From contig JAYWIR010000006.1 in the NCBI GenBank assembly GCA_036172245.1, positions 5,084,001 through 5,148,000 of the forward strand: 64,000 nucleotides of DNA, given 5' to 3'. Position numbers and translations under genes: made by a program. The notes below the pieces were generated by a model that was not told where the DNA came from, made no database searches, and saw only the letters and a list, made by a program, of their open reading frames with translations. Origin of the DNA: Raillietiella orientalis (lineage: Eukaryota). Shown here in pieces: positions 19,058-31,700 of this stretch (position 1 is the first letter of the stretch; every line of letters begins with the position of its first letter).

Positions 19058-21749
19058 GGCTCCCGCGGGAGCCGGGGGGGGATGAAGGAGGGAGGGAGGG
19101 GGGGAAGGAGCACGAGAAGGCGGGGGAGGCGGGGGAGGAGGGGGAGGGGGGAGGAGGAGGAGAAGAAGAAGAGGACGGCGGGAGCACTCCCGGGGGATTC
19201 CCTTCCTTCCTTCCTTCCTTCTCGCTTCTTCCTTCCTCGCCGGCGCCGCTCCTCCTCAGTCCCGGGGATTTGCACGAGTCGGGGGGAGCCCGCGAGGTCG
19301 GGACTCCCGGCTTTACCTTTTAAGTCCCGCTAAGCCCGGAGATCCAGGAGGATTTGCCCGGGAGCGCGCTGACGCATCCTTTAAGTGCGCCGGGGATTTT
19401 CCGCCGTCCGGGCGGCGGGACCTGCGGCGTTCGCTCGCAGGGAACGCGCATGGCGTCCCAGGAGCTCCATCCCTACTGGCTGCCTCCCGCCCGGCGGGAC
19501 GCCGCGCCTCTTCCAATCCGGCGCGCCCGCCCGTCGAGCTCCGGGCGAGCGCGCGAGCGCCTGCGCGCGCCCGGAACTAACTCGGCCAGCCCTCTGACGC
19601 GCGTGCGAGGCGTCCCCGAGCGGCCTTGGACGCGCGCCGGCAGGGGGCGGAGCTGCCGCCGGCGCGCGTCGTGAGCGGCCCGCTCCGCCCACATTTCCCC
19701 CTTCCTCCCCCTTCCCCCGCTCGCGGCCCGAAGCAGAGAGGGGGCAGTCTCCCTCCCTTCCTCTTCTTTTCCCTCCTGCCCGCCGGGGGAGCGAGCCAAG
19801 CCCCGTGGCCCGGAGCGACCCAGTAGGTCGCCCGCGGTGGTCCTCCCCCAGCTAAGACGCGACATCCTTACCACTTCACCGCTCTGCGGCGCACTCAGAC
19901 GTCTACGCGGACACCGCGGTGCGCCCCCTCCCGCCCTTGGGACACAACCGTCCTTCCCTACCAGAGAGACCGGGGCACGTCCTGTCCGACGAGCATCCTC
20001 TCAAAGGGGAGGAGGAGGAAGAGGAAGGTGGGAAGGGAGGAGCAAAGAATCGGCGCGCCAGAGCGAGGGACGGGGAGAGGAAAAGCTGAGACCATCCTGA
20101 ACGGAAGCGTCTAGGAGTAGATTCGCTCCCTACAGCGATTCTCAGCCACTTTCCGGCGCGTGCCGTTCCCCGCCGCTTCCTGGGATCGAGGAGGCGCCGA
20201 TTCCTCGAGACCTCCTGTCCTCTTCTTCTTTCTCCTCCTTCAAACCGGCGTTCCCAGCGAGCGATAGGGAAAGGGCGGCTGTCCTGCGTCTCTGGAGGGA
20301 TGCACGTTCCCAAGGTGACGACTCCATCGATCCGAAGAGAGCGGAAGGAGGAGCGCGCTCCCTTCCTTTCCAGCCGCCCCGGAAGGGGGGGGGGGGGAGG
20401 CGGAGGAGAGCTCCACAGGCAGCGGACGGATGAAAAGATGGCGTCCTCAAGGGAGCTCGATGGGAACGCTGGCACCCTTCCTCGGTGGGTCCCGGAGGAA
20501 GTAGACGCATTTGCGCGCTCCGAGGAAGAGCGGAGGTACGAGCCGTAGGTCGAGAGGAGGAGCACGCCTTCCCGCTGGGTGGGAACCGTCGGCTGCGGCC
20601 TTCTCCCCGTAGGTCCTCCCTATTCCTTCCTCTCCCCCCCCTTTTGATAGCGGCATTGAGGGCAGACGGGCCGTGAAATCACCCGCCCGGGAGTCCCTTT
20701 GCAGGAAATCGCTGGCACGGAAGGAAATCCGGGAGGCGAAGCTTCCGGGAGCGGCTCCCGACCCGTCAGCGTCCTGTCAGCCGGCAGCTGCGCGGGTTCC
20801 CTCCTGGCGGCGCTTCGCCAGGAGTTGTCTGCCCCCTCGCGCGGCGGCTGCATAGGGAGACAGGAAGCGGCAAGCCCCTGCGGGTCGCGGCCGGGAAGGC
20901 GCTCGTTGCTTCCCGTCTCCCTGGACCATGTGGGCAAGCCCGAGGTCAGCAGGCCTCCTCCCCCCGAGAAATCTGCTCGCCGTGCAAGTGGGAGGTCCTG
21001 AGCCATGACCTTGTTGGGCATTCCGACCTCAGCGAGCAAGAGAGAGTCTGCCGGGAGCGTCAACGCCGCCGCCCAAGACTCCTCAGGCATGCCCACCTCA
21101 ACTGACGATCCAAATAGAGGGACCGCTTCTTCCTAGCCTTCCCTGTGGCCAGGGGGGCGCTGCTGTTGATGACCCTTGCAGCATCCTCCACGTGCTCTTC
21201 ACTCGGGGAGAGCTCAGGACTCCCCTGGACGCCTGGGCTCTCCTAGGCTTCCTGCTAGTGAGCACCACAGGGAGACGTTCCTCTTCGAGAAACAGCTTCC
21301 GACAGTCGTGTTCCTCGGGTCCCTCTGCCGAGGGAGCAAGGGTGTCCCCTTGCTCCCTCGGCGCCAGGCTGGTCAGCCTGTTGGGACTTCGAGGGCGGTG
21401 AAGAGGGTAGGCGGTCGGGGGCTGGCGCCGCTACGTGGAAGGAAGTTCTCCAGAGACTCGCTGGGAAGGAGGGAGGAACAAGCCGTTAGGAGCCTCCGGG
21501 TGTAGCTTGGGGAGTCCCTCTGGGCCACACACCAATTCTATCGGCGAGCTGTGGTCTTTTCAAGATGGCTAGAGTGCGCTGCCGAGCGTCCCGGAGTCTG
21601 CATCTGCAGCGACAGGCAGCGCGAGGTGCGCATGTAGGCCGATACGGCATTGGATGAGCCCGGGTCGCAGGGTTGCCATTTGCTGTTCCGAGTTTCGGGA
21701 GGAAGCTTTCCGTCTCCCACACTCATGAACCCGGGATTTCTCCCTGGTG

Positions 21750-24700
21750 TTCTTTTTTTTTCGTTCCGCTCCTGCACCATTGCTTTTCAGGAGGCCTTCT
21801 GGAGGAGGTGCTTCGGGTGCGGGTCGTTCCTGAAAGGGGAATTCTGGAAAGAGGCGGCGGGACTCGACTGCCGGAGGTGCCTTGTGGGAAGCCGTGCTCA
21901 GGGTAGGAACTCTTCCCGAGGCGTTTCCTTGGAAGTGAGACGGGAGCGAGACGGTCAGGTGGAGCAGCTGCTTCCAGGCAGCGACTGGGGGCAGATAGGG
22001 AGGAGGGGGGGAGGACCCTGGCAAGTTCCTCTTGGATCTCTGAAAAGATCGGACCTACCGGGAGAGGCCACTGCACGCGGCTGAAGGGCGAGTCCCCACG
22101 GCAGTGGGACGTACGGGCAAGGCTCCTCGGGAAGTCGCTCGCGGAAGACACTCAAACCAGGAAGGACGGAGCTGAGTCGGGACGCTCTGGAAGGGCGGGA
22201 TTTTCCTCACGCAGGCGGTCGTTTTGCGCAACTGCAGCATCGCAGAGTCCGGGATGACAGTCGTCCTCGTTCCGATTAGCGTTTCCCTGCCTGCCCGGTG
22301 ACCTCTGAGAACCCTCAACCGCACTGGAAGAGAGTCTCTCTCAAGAGAGGTACGGGAAACAGGAGGCGCTGCTGGCGTCCGAAAATTCCGGAGCGCGGGC
22401 GAACCGGAAGTTTCACCTCTTCCTCCCCCCCCTCCTCCCCTCTTTGCATGCAGGAAAAGGGTGGATGATGGATGTCGCCCATCCATCAGAGATCTCTCTC
22501 TTGCGAGAGGCATTGCGCTTTTCGCGACGCCTCCCTGCTGCCGAGGCAGCGGAGAGCTGCGGGAACGCCCCTCCTCTTTCCTCCTCCCCCAGCGACCCCT
22601 GGAAAGGAAAAGGAGAAAGGAGAAAAAAAATCCCCTACTGATCGTTCCCTGCGGCACGGCGCGACTGCTTGCCCATCCTCTTTCCCCTTGGAACCGTTGC
22701 CTGCAATCGCATCCTCTGTTTGGGACGGCTCCCAGATCCGAAAGTTTCCTTCTTCCCGGTTCGCTCCGCTGTCGTCGTACCCTACGGTGGCGGATCCGTG
22801 CTCGAGGAGTCCGAGGAGCCCCGAACAGTTCATCTCTGCCGCTTTCCGAAGTGTCGAAGATCTACAAGCGGACACCATCTCTACATCGCCATGAGCGATG
22901 CAAGTGAGACGGAGTGGTTCCATGGCAGCAGAGGACGAGACCGACGAACCGCCGAGGAACGCGGCGGTACTACTGGAACACCTCGATTTCGCTAGACCTC
23001 GGATGGAAGAAACGGATTCCGGCAACACACCGGAAGGGGCACTGGGAAGGAGTTTTTCATACCCCTCGTTGCGAGGTCCACTTTGGGCGTTGCCTGGGAG
23101 ATGCTGCCAGCAGCGACATAGACATCTTTCCCGGATGAATGAGGCGCGAGCGTTGGAGCGACTGCATGAGCGAAGACGAAGGCTGCCTAAGGATTCTGGA
23201 GAAGAATGCATGAGATGGTCTTTTTTAAAAGAGCCTCTCGTGCATTCTGAGGGAAGGGCACCGGGACGGAAGGAAATGCGAGTTGTCAGCGGGCTGCTGA
23301 AGTGAGGGAAGATTTCTTGCAACGGCATCGCGCCTAAGCGAGAGGAACGCTATGGTTTTGCAGCTCGGCTTGTTTGGTGGGCGTCCGACTCCAGTGGAGA
23401 GGACTCCACCCGCGGAAGAAGGAGCAACAGCAGCTCCAGAAGCGGCAGCTCCGAGACTGGGGAAAGCGCGAGGCGAACTCCAAGACTTCAGTGGCTTCGC
23501 TGAACTCCCAAATTGGGAGGGCCTGCCAACGACCACTTGGACTGATCCACAGGTGGCTGCGGAACGAGCAGGAAGAGAAGGAGGAACTTTGCCCTGACTT
23601 TTTTCTGTGGCCATCCTATCTTTCAAGGCGAAGCGACCCGAAGCGATTCAGACACCGGCGGTGACGGAAAGGGGTTAAAGGTACGAAACTTCTTTTCCCT
23701 CCAGCCGATTTTTCGCACCGCTCCTGACTGTTTTCACGTCTCGATCCGCGTTCACCTGGTGCTCGACGCCGTGACTTCCAGTCTCTGCAACTGCCGTTAA
23801 GGCCTCGCTTCCCGGATGGTGCATCCACTTGTATGGGACCTCAAGCAGCAGACGTCGCAGCAACAGACCTATAAGGTGCGCTCAGTTGGCGAGTCGTTTC
23901 CGAGTTTCCCAACCGCAACGACAAAACGTAAGCTCTGGACCTACTTTGGTCTGCTTCCGTTCTTGATAGGACCCGTGCCATGCCGCCGAACAAGGAGCCT
24001 TCCTGGAAAGGCTCAAAGTGCTCCCACGGCTGCCGGCATCTGCTAGGCGCCGACGCGGCTTCAAGGAGTCCTCCCGCCTATCGGCCGAACATTGCGTCGC
24101 CCTCGTGACCTCGTGACACCCTCACATTCCTTCCGCCCGGCAACCGTCTCACTCCGCTTCCTTCTGAGCATCTTCCCTACCAGCGATGTTCTGGACTGGG
24201 CGAAGAGCCCCTGCAACAATTTGGTGATTCAGTTGTTGGGACAAACGTCCGGTTGCCAGTGGACACTGTGGAGCATTCTCAGGTGCTCGATGGATTCCCC
24301 GTCCTTCCGAGAAATCCGTATTCCTAAGCAAAACCTTCCAGTGACCATAAATTTGGTCTGCCCTCTGAATCCTCCGCGATAACTGCTTTTCCAAAGGAAA
24401 ACCCCCATAACTCACGCCTGGACGTGCTTCCACGGCTGCACTGGATTAAGATATCCACGTCAGATCGAAATATCCACGCAGCCTTCTCATCTGGAAGTCT
24501 TCCAAGTCCGCAATCACATGGAAGGAAGGTAGGAAGGGAGCTGTCAACGATTTTTGGAGTCCAAGGAACTGGAAAAATTCGAGGGACGACTGTTCGGTCG
24601 TCAGCTGCCACTGTCGTCGCTATACTTGTGCATGACGTGGAAAAGAGCTTGTCGCGCGGAAGACCATGCCTAGGGAAACCTTCCAGCGGACACGAGGCTG
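21750..24700 (+). mobile_element. Highly decayed BEL/Pao-type LTR retrotransposon pol relic
   Basis: Frameshifted fragments resembling BEL/Pao motifs in the expected order and roughly the expected spacing: GPWQVPL (~22015), KNPLLIVP (~22630, DPLG-like), SVWDG (~22720), RFPKC..HLYIAMSDASE (~22840-22910, RNase H DASE), RWSFLKEP (~23215), LWTYFG (~23935, VDYFGP-like), RRRRG (~24050), GCQWTL (~24255), LTPGR (~24412), DFWS (~24550), ILVHDVEKSLSRGRPCLG (~24625, DUF5641-like). No LTRs found; boundaries approximate. Confidence 0.5.
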
Positions 24701-24959
24701 CAGGACAAGCAAGCAATCCTCAAAATCTCTGGTCTCGCGCAACTTCCCCCCCCCCCCCCGCTCGGCCCCCTTCGCTCGCGGCTAGTGCGCGCACGCAAAT
24801 GAGAATGGCTCCCTGAGAAGGTTCTCGCTCAAGCAGGAAGGGATGGGGTTGGGGGGTGCCAACCGCGTTTCTCCATCTGGGGTCGCATTATCATCGCATC
24901 GGGCTGGATTCAGCAATACGCACCGAACGTGGCCGCTCTCCCGTGATCGCGCGTCGATT

Positions 24960-25510
24960 CACCTGAGTCCGCAAGATCTTCTGCCTCTCCCATTCCACCG
25001 TGGACTTGCAGACCTTTGTTCTTGGATCTCGAACTTCAAGTGTACTGCTGCGTGACTGTACCGTATCGTATAGCACCTGTGCCATTAGAGATAATGGATG
25101 CCGGATTAGCTAGTCCCGATTACGAGAGCCGGGCATCTCTGGAAGTCGCACTCGTTCTGATCCACTGTAGGCCTGTTCGACTTGCACGCCAAGTATGGAT
25201 GTCTCTCAACAATGGTTTGGATTCCGTTTGTCATCGTTGGTGCTTCAGGCCTACGTGCTATATTTATATACATTGCTGTCACCGATAATGCGCACACAGT
25301 AAACGGTTTATCGCCATTTTGCAGTGAATTCCGCGAGGGCACCGCGGGCTTATCTCTTGAAAGCGTAATCTTGAGGGGCTGTGAATGCTCGAGCATTCGG
25401 CAAAGAATCGGTTCAAAGCTCCCTGAATTGTGTGGTGAATTTCCAAGCTGTTGCCGGATGAGAGGTTTCGTATGTGAATTAGGCAAACACCATGACATCT
25501 AATGCTTTAT
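24960..25510 (+). mobile_element. Decayed Ty3/Gypsy reverse-transcriptase fragment
   Basis: PQDLLPLPFHRG, then PYRIAPVPLEIMDAGLASPDYESRASLEVALVLIHCRPVRLARQVWMSLN (like PYR..LDAGII.PS.S.WASPVVLV..RLCVDYR.LN), then EGTAG (KTAF-like) and FVCELGKHHDI (degenerate YxDD region), across frameshifts. Confidence 0.5.
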
Positions 25511-28495
25511 TACAACTTTATTGTAGCCTTTCGGGAGAAGGAGGAGGAGAGGGAAGAAAGGAAGCGAGCGCCTGTGCTCATAGGAAACGAGTTTCCCTTC
25601 CATGGGTGTGGCAGAATTCCCCCCATGCTGCAAAGAGCCTGCTGAACCGCATCCCGTGGGATGGCCTTCTGGTGTGCCGCACGGGGCAGCAGGCACAGCC
25701 ACCGGAGTTCCAGCCCTGGGGCCTGCTTGGATCCAGATTCTCACGCGTTGCGCGGGTGCAAGAGCACGCCCACTGCGCTAATCCTATTTTTGTTTTGCCA
25801 TTTTTTTTTCTCTCTCTCTCTTTCTTTTCTTCTTCTTCTTCCCCTGCGAAAATGCCCGCGCAAGTTTGCCGCAAAATTTGAATACGCTGATTGTTTATTA
25901 TTCCAAGGGGAAATCACGGTGGCTCGTCGTATACGCCCAGAAATATCGGGAATTCTGCATCGCTATTATGCGAAAATTGGATATTAATTGAGCATCGTGG
26001 AGCGACAAAAGGAGACCCCCAGAAAGGAAGCATCTTCCAGGGTTTCTTTCTCAGTCAAACCAGTGTTTTTACATAATTCCATTCAAATTAAATGGACGTT
26101 ACAGTAGGATTCCCGGAGGCACTTACACACGCTCGTTGCTTAAAATTCTATCAACTATGAAAAGGGAGTCGAGAAAATGTAAACCGCGGGATTACGGAGA
26201 AGGGGGGATGACAATGCGGACCCTGTCAAAGTGGGCGTGTGTCCTGCGGGTCGCCCTGTCAGCGCGTGACTCCGGGGAAGCTCCGTTACGGGAATTAATG
26301 CTATCAATATTTTCCGACGACAAAGAAGCATATGGAAGTGCTGGCGTTGAGCGGCGGGTGGGATGTGCCGAGCTATTTATTCAAGGCTCATCCGATAATT
26401 CATCCTTTGGGGACACGGCCATCCCGAAACACGAGGCGAGAGGTCGGCGGACAAGTGCAAATACGGCACAGATGTCGGCGAATGTTGAGGCGGTTTATGA
26501 AAAAGAAATTCCGGACTGGAGTGTCGGAGGGGGGGAAAAGGTGGTGGTCGTCGTCGGCGGTCTCCCTCGCTGCGGCGATGATGATGCTAATTGCCTTCCC
26601 CTCTTTCTTTTACCTCTCACTCCCCCCCCCCCCCGTGCCTACTACGCAAACGTGTTGGTTCAGGGGAGTTCCCAACCCTCCAGAGGGACGTCAGAAGGGA
26701 AGCTCGCATCTCTGGGGGAACTTAGGACGCCGCCTTTCCCTGGCTCGCGTTGTCCTTCTGTGTGGAAGAGCCTCATTTCTTCCTCCCACCGTCGTCTTCC
26801 TCCTCCTCCCCTCGAATCGGGGAAGTTTTCGCTTTTCAAGTCGCTTATAAGCACGGGATTCCGGGAGGCAGACGAGAGCGGCAGGCGAGGGAAACTTCCG
26901 CTTTTCGTGGAAGCCAGGGATCTCCCGCTCCCTCGCTTGCTCCGGAAGTGCTGGATGCCCTCGGGAGGGAAGAAGGAGGGTATGGATGGAAGCGAGGGCC
27001 TTTCGGGGAGGAGCGATTGCCCCCCCCCCCCTCTCCTTTCCTGGAGATGGAGGAAGGAGGGACGCCGAATCACTAGCGCGCTTGCGTGGTGGTGGCAGCA
27101 GCGCACGCGACTGGTCCCGGAAAGGCAGCAGGGAAAGACATACCCGTCACCTGAGGCAAAGACTTGGGGGTGTTCGGGGGGGAGAGGAGCGAAGGGGAAA
27201 CACAGGTGCCTAGCAGCTTCGCAGCTTGCTTGAAGGGTTGGCCCGGTTGCTTCTCGGGGTAACGTTTCCTTTTCCGAAAGGAAAGTCCGCAGAATAAGAA
27301 GATGGGAGGGGGCGAGCGGAGTATCGCTCGTGACCCGTGCTTCCTGTTTCTTCCCTCCTCCCCCTCCTCTTCTCCCCGTCCCTGCCGCCTGCACTCTCTT
27401 GCGCAGCTGGACTCCGCGCATCCATCCTCCACCTCCGACCTCTCGTGCCCCCGTGCTCCGCAGGGGGAGACCAAGAAAAGCGACGGTTTGGCGTGGCAGC
27501 TCGCGCGTGGACGTGCGTGCGAAAAAGGGGGATCCTCGCACCTTCCAGGCCTCGCTCTCTGCTCATCCTCCTTAGCGCCGGAGCTGGCTCGGGGAGAGGC
27601 GGGGCCGCACAAGGGGCGCCCACGAAGGGAAAGAGGGAGGGACGGCTCGCAGGGAGAGGAGCTGGGAAGCGCTCTCGCCTCCGGTGGTTTCTTCTCTTCC
27701 TTCCCACGCACACGCTCAGGGAGGGTGCGCGCACGTCTCCGCCCGGGAACGCATGCATCTTGTGCACGCGCGCGAGCCTGCTCGCGTCCCAGGCGGGCGT
27801 TTTTCGCTTGCGGGCACGTATGGCTGCGCACGTCGCGAGCGTGCGCATGCCGCCTCTTGCGCGTCTGCGCGCAGGGACGAAGCCCGTCTTCATGTCGCGC
27901 GCGCCTCCGCGGGGAAATGTGCGCGCCTGCCCGCCGACAGCGCGCTCGCTCCGATACGCGGAACGACGAAGCGCGCGCGCGCGCCGCCTCCGGGTTTGTC
28001 CGGGGGACCGGGAGATGAAGGGGAAGGGTCGGGCTGCGACCGCTCCCCTTCCCGACCCGCGGGCGCGCGTCCCTGAGGGGGAGATCGGAGCCGCGAGAGG
28101 GCGCGCGTACGCGCTGAGGAACAGGCAGTTCATCGTCTGTTTGTTTGTTTTCCGGAGGGAAAGGGGGGGAGAAGGGGGGAGGGGGAGAGTTCGTTTGTTC
28201 TTCCCCCTCCTCGCCCCCTCCTTCTCCCCCTCTCGGCGGGGTGGAACGCGTGCCAAAGCGCGCGCGAACTCGCTCGCCCCTCCCCTCAGCTTCCCCCTCC
28301 GTATGCACTCCCGCCGCCTCCGCTCCTCTGGCGTCCCAGGCTGGAAGAAGCGGACCGGGAGACGGAAGACAGGGGGGAGGGGAGGAGTCCAGACTTCGAG
28401 CGCATGCGTGAGGGCGGACAGTGCCCTCCCATCGCCTCGCGTCTTGATCGACTCCGTGAGGAAATGAGGGCGCCCATCACGCAGAGCCATCCCCC

Positions 28496-28701
28496 GCCGT
28501 AATCCCCCCCTCCTCCCCGCCTTCTCTCCGCTTCCCGCGCGGGATCGGGCTCTAATCCCGCCGCCGCGGACCAACAATCCGGGACTCCGCGAATAAATCG
28601 ACGGCCCGTCGTCTGCTTTATCGGAGGTCCATTTCTCCGCGCAGCGCTCCGGCCCCTCCGCCGCTCTCCGCGGATCTCCATTTCGCCGTAATCCCGGATT
28701 T
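28496..28701. promoter_or_regulatory. Candidate Pitx enhancer: cluster of K50 homeodomain sites
   Basis: GCCGTAATCC 28496-28505, GCTCTAATCC 28549-28558, GCCGTAATCC 28685-28694, plus near-sites CAATCC 28575-28580 and GGATTT 28696-28701. Confidence 0.5.
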
Positions 28702-31700
28702 GCGGAAGCGGAATTGGGAGGGAGAAGGAGGAAAAGGGAGAGGAAGAGGTGCGGGGGGGGGGAAGGGAGGGGAGGGAGGAAGGGAAAGACGGCGCGGCTC
28801 CTCTCGCGATCCCGGCTGCAGCTGCTGCCGCTCCTCCCCCGAGAAAGCGAGAGTCCTGGGAGGAGGAGGAGGAGGAGGAGGATAGGTGAGAAGGGTCCTT
28901 CCACCCCACCCCACTCTCGCACCTCCCTTTTCGCCTCCTACCCCCGATCTGCCGGGAGGACTTGGTGGGCTCACCACGCAATGCTGCGCGCCGGACGGGG
29001 CGATGGTCCCTCGAGGTATCCCACGGAAGCGGCGGGGAAGGGACATCGTGGGGGCTCCCGAAAGAGTCCGCGCGCTCCTCCCCGGGGCGCCTTCCGAGCA
29101 GCCGGGGACTCTGCGCGAGGACGGACTTCCGGGTCCGGGAGCTTCGAGGTCGTGTCGCCTGGAGCTCCTCCTTCCGTCGGATCGATGGGGGCGTAGTCGT
29201 AGGTCTCTTTCCGAGAGCGACCCCGGCAGCTGAAGGAGAAGGCGGAGTCCAAGGGGCTCATCTCGAGGACGCAGTGAGGAAGAGGGAAGGGTCCGTCCGT
29301 TCCATCCGCCCTTCCTCCTCCCTCTTTCTCTGCGCGTCCCCGTCTCCTCGCCGCGGAGACGGGGACAGTGGGGACGGGCGGGGCAGAGGGGAAGAGTCAA
29401 GAAGCGTTGCTGCCGTTGCTGCCGTCCCCAGCAGGGATGAGCGAGGGGAGGGTGGTGGTCAGGTGTTCAAAGGGTGACGCTAATGGCCGGCCATCCGTCA
29501 AAGCGGTCGGGGCCGGCTGCCGCGCAGTCAATGAAGGGCGACGTTCCCTCTAATTAATGCTTCTCTTCCCGGGAGCAGGAGCAGCAGCAGCCTCCCGGGA
29601 GCGAAAGGGGTTGCCCCGGGATACGAGTCCCGACTACGTGCCTGCGTTCGCGATGGCCGACAATTCGCGGTGCCTTCCTTTCACGCTGGAGGCAGCGGCG
29701 ACCTCCCACCAGGAAGGGAGGGGCGCTCCCTCGCGGATGATGACCATGACGACGATGATGATGATAATTCCCCTCCCCCATTCTCTTTTCCTCCCCCTCT
29801 CCCTCCGGGGCGCTCAGGCGCCCTGCAGGCTCGGGCCATACGACTTTGGGGGACGCCTAGGGGGTTATCCGCGCGTCCCTTTGCGCGAGTTCATCCCGTT
29901 GATCCCCCTCCTGCCGAAATCACAGAGTGACTCGGGAATGTGTGGGAGGGAGGCGCGATCTGGGAAGATCGTCCCGGGTAGCGCGCCACCCCGAGAGGCA
30001 GGCGCTCCAGGGAGCGGGCTCCCTTGTGAGGTCGGGAAGGGGGTCTACCTCTCCCAGATGAGGAGGCCTGGAAGGTCCCTGCCAGGGACCATGGCAGCCG
30101 AAGGACAAGGCAGGAAGGGTCATTTCCCACCCACCCTCTTCTCGGTCTCCAGAGCGCCCTTCGCGCCGTTAGGGACGCATGGCAGCTGAGTAGCCTGCCC
30201 CCGCGAAAGCGCCGAAACGCCTTGTAGCTCCGTCTCGTTCTCTTCCTCTCCCCCCCCCCTCCCCCCACTGTTTAGCGCCCCGGGGGCAGTCGTCTTCGTC
30301 GCTCAGGCCAGTGGTGGCTTCGAAGAAGAGCGTTCCAGGAGAACAGGGAGGGGGGAGGAGGCAAAGAGGGTGAGCGGAGGGTAGCGGCGACGAGCTCGCG
30401 GCGGAGCGAATACGGAAAGCGGAACTTCCGGGAGCCAAAGATGCTGCCGAGGCTTCTCCTCCTCTTCCTCCTCCGATGACGACGACAGGGGGACGAAGGA
30501 AGGGAGAGGCGGGAACGGAAGAGAAGAACTTCCTGCGAGCTTTCTTCCCCTCTCTGCGCTGTTCCCGAGGGCAGCGCACCCCCCGCCCCCATCCCCGCCC
30601 GCAGGTGACTGACAGGTCCGCTCCCCGGGAGATGGCGTCGTCAAGGACAAGCTCGAGATGATAATCTTCTTCTTCCCTGTTTCTTAATCTTCCCTCCCTT
30701 CGCACCTTCCCCCCTCCCCCCTCCTCTTTCTCCCCGTCCATCCCGCCATCCACTTGCGCGACCCCGGAGACGAGGGGCAGGCGAGCGGGGTGGTGGTGGC
30801 TGCCAGCTGGAGGCACTCCAACTCAAATTTCGGCCACTCCCTCCGCGCCTCACCTGTTCGCCACGACGACGGCGACGACGACAGGAGGGATCCGTACCGC
30901 TCACGGAGGAAGATCGATCACCGATCTTGATGCGGTCCCCGCCCTGCCACCGGAGGAAGGAGCGCTCTCTGATTGGGCGGCGGCAGTCGGACGAGCGGAA
31001 CGCCGCCTGAAGACAAAAATAAACGAGACAAACACGCGCGCTGCTGCTGCTGCTGCCGCGAAACAGAGAATGAGACTCGGGGGGAGGCCGACCTTCCAGT
31101 ACCAGAGACCCGAGGGCGCTCGACATTCCTGCGCCGATCCCTCCGTCTTCGCATGTGATGCCCTCACGGAGGCGCCGCTCCCGAGACACCCTGCTCCCTC
31201 TCTTACACCGCTCGTAGGAAGGAGAGGAGGTGCGCCTGGGGCTGAGAATACGGCTGGCCTCCTACCGTTGCCGTCCCTTCGTTGCGATCTCTTTGGGGGG
31301 AGGGGGAGGGGGGGAGAACTCCCTCAGGCGCCCGCACGTGGGCGAGGAGCCAGACGGAAGCTGGGAGAGAAGCCGGATAGTTGCGCAGATCGCTTGCTCC
31401 TAAATGCGGAGGAGGGGAAGGAGGAAAAGGTCTTCCATAGCAGAGGGAGGGGTGGGGAGGGTGGTTTCCTTGACTATCTCCTCCCGGATCCCATGCGAGG
31501 AAGGCGGCTTCCTCCGGACCCGCTGCGTCCGGGGAGGACGCCGTTCTTCGAGCTCCCCCCCCCCCTTCCTTGCTCAGGGGTTCGCTTTCTCCGTTCTTGC
31601 AGGGTGAGTGCTCGAGAGCTGCAGCGCGTCAAACTGATGACCTAGTGGTCAACCGTGGATCCGCAAGTGGCCCGACAGGATCCTGGAAGAAAAAAAAAAC

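Noticed and set aside
27073..28922. Long overlapping ORFs (570, 411 and 376 aa)
   Set aside because: Arg/Gly/Pro/Ala-rich translations of GC-rich, low-complexity DNA that is open in several frames on both strands; no domain or splice logic.
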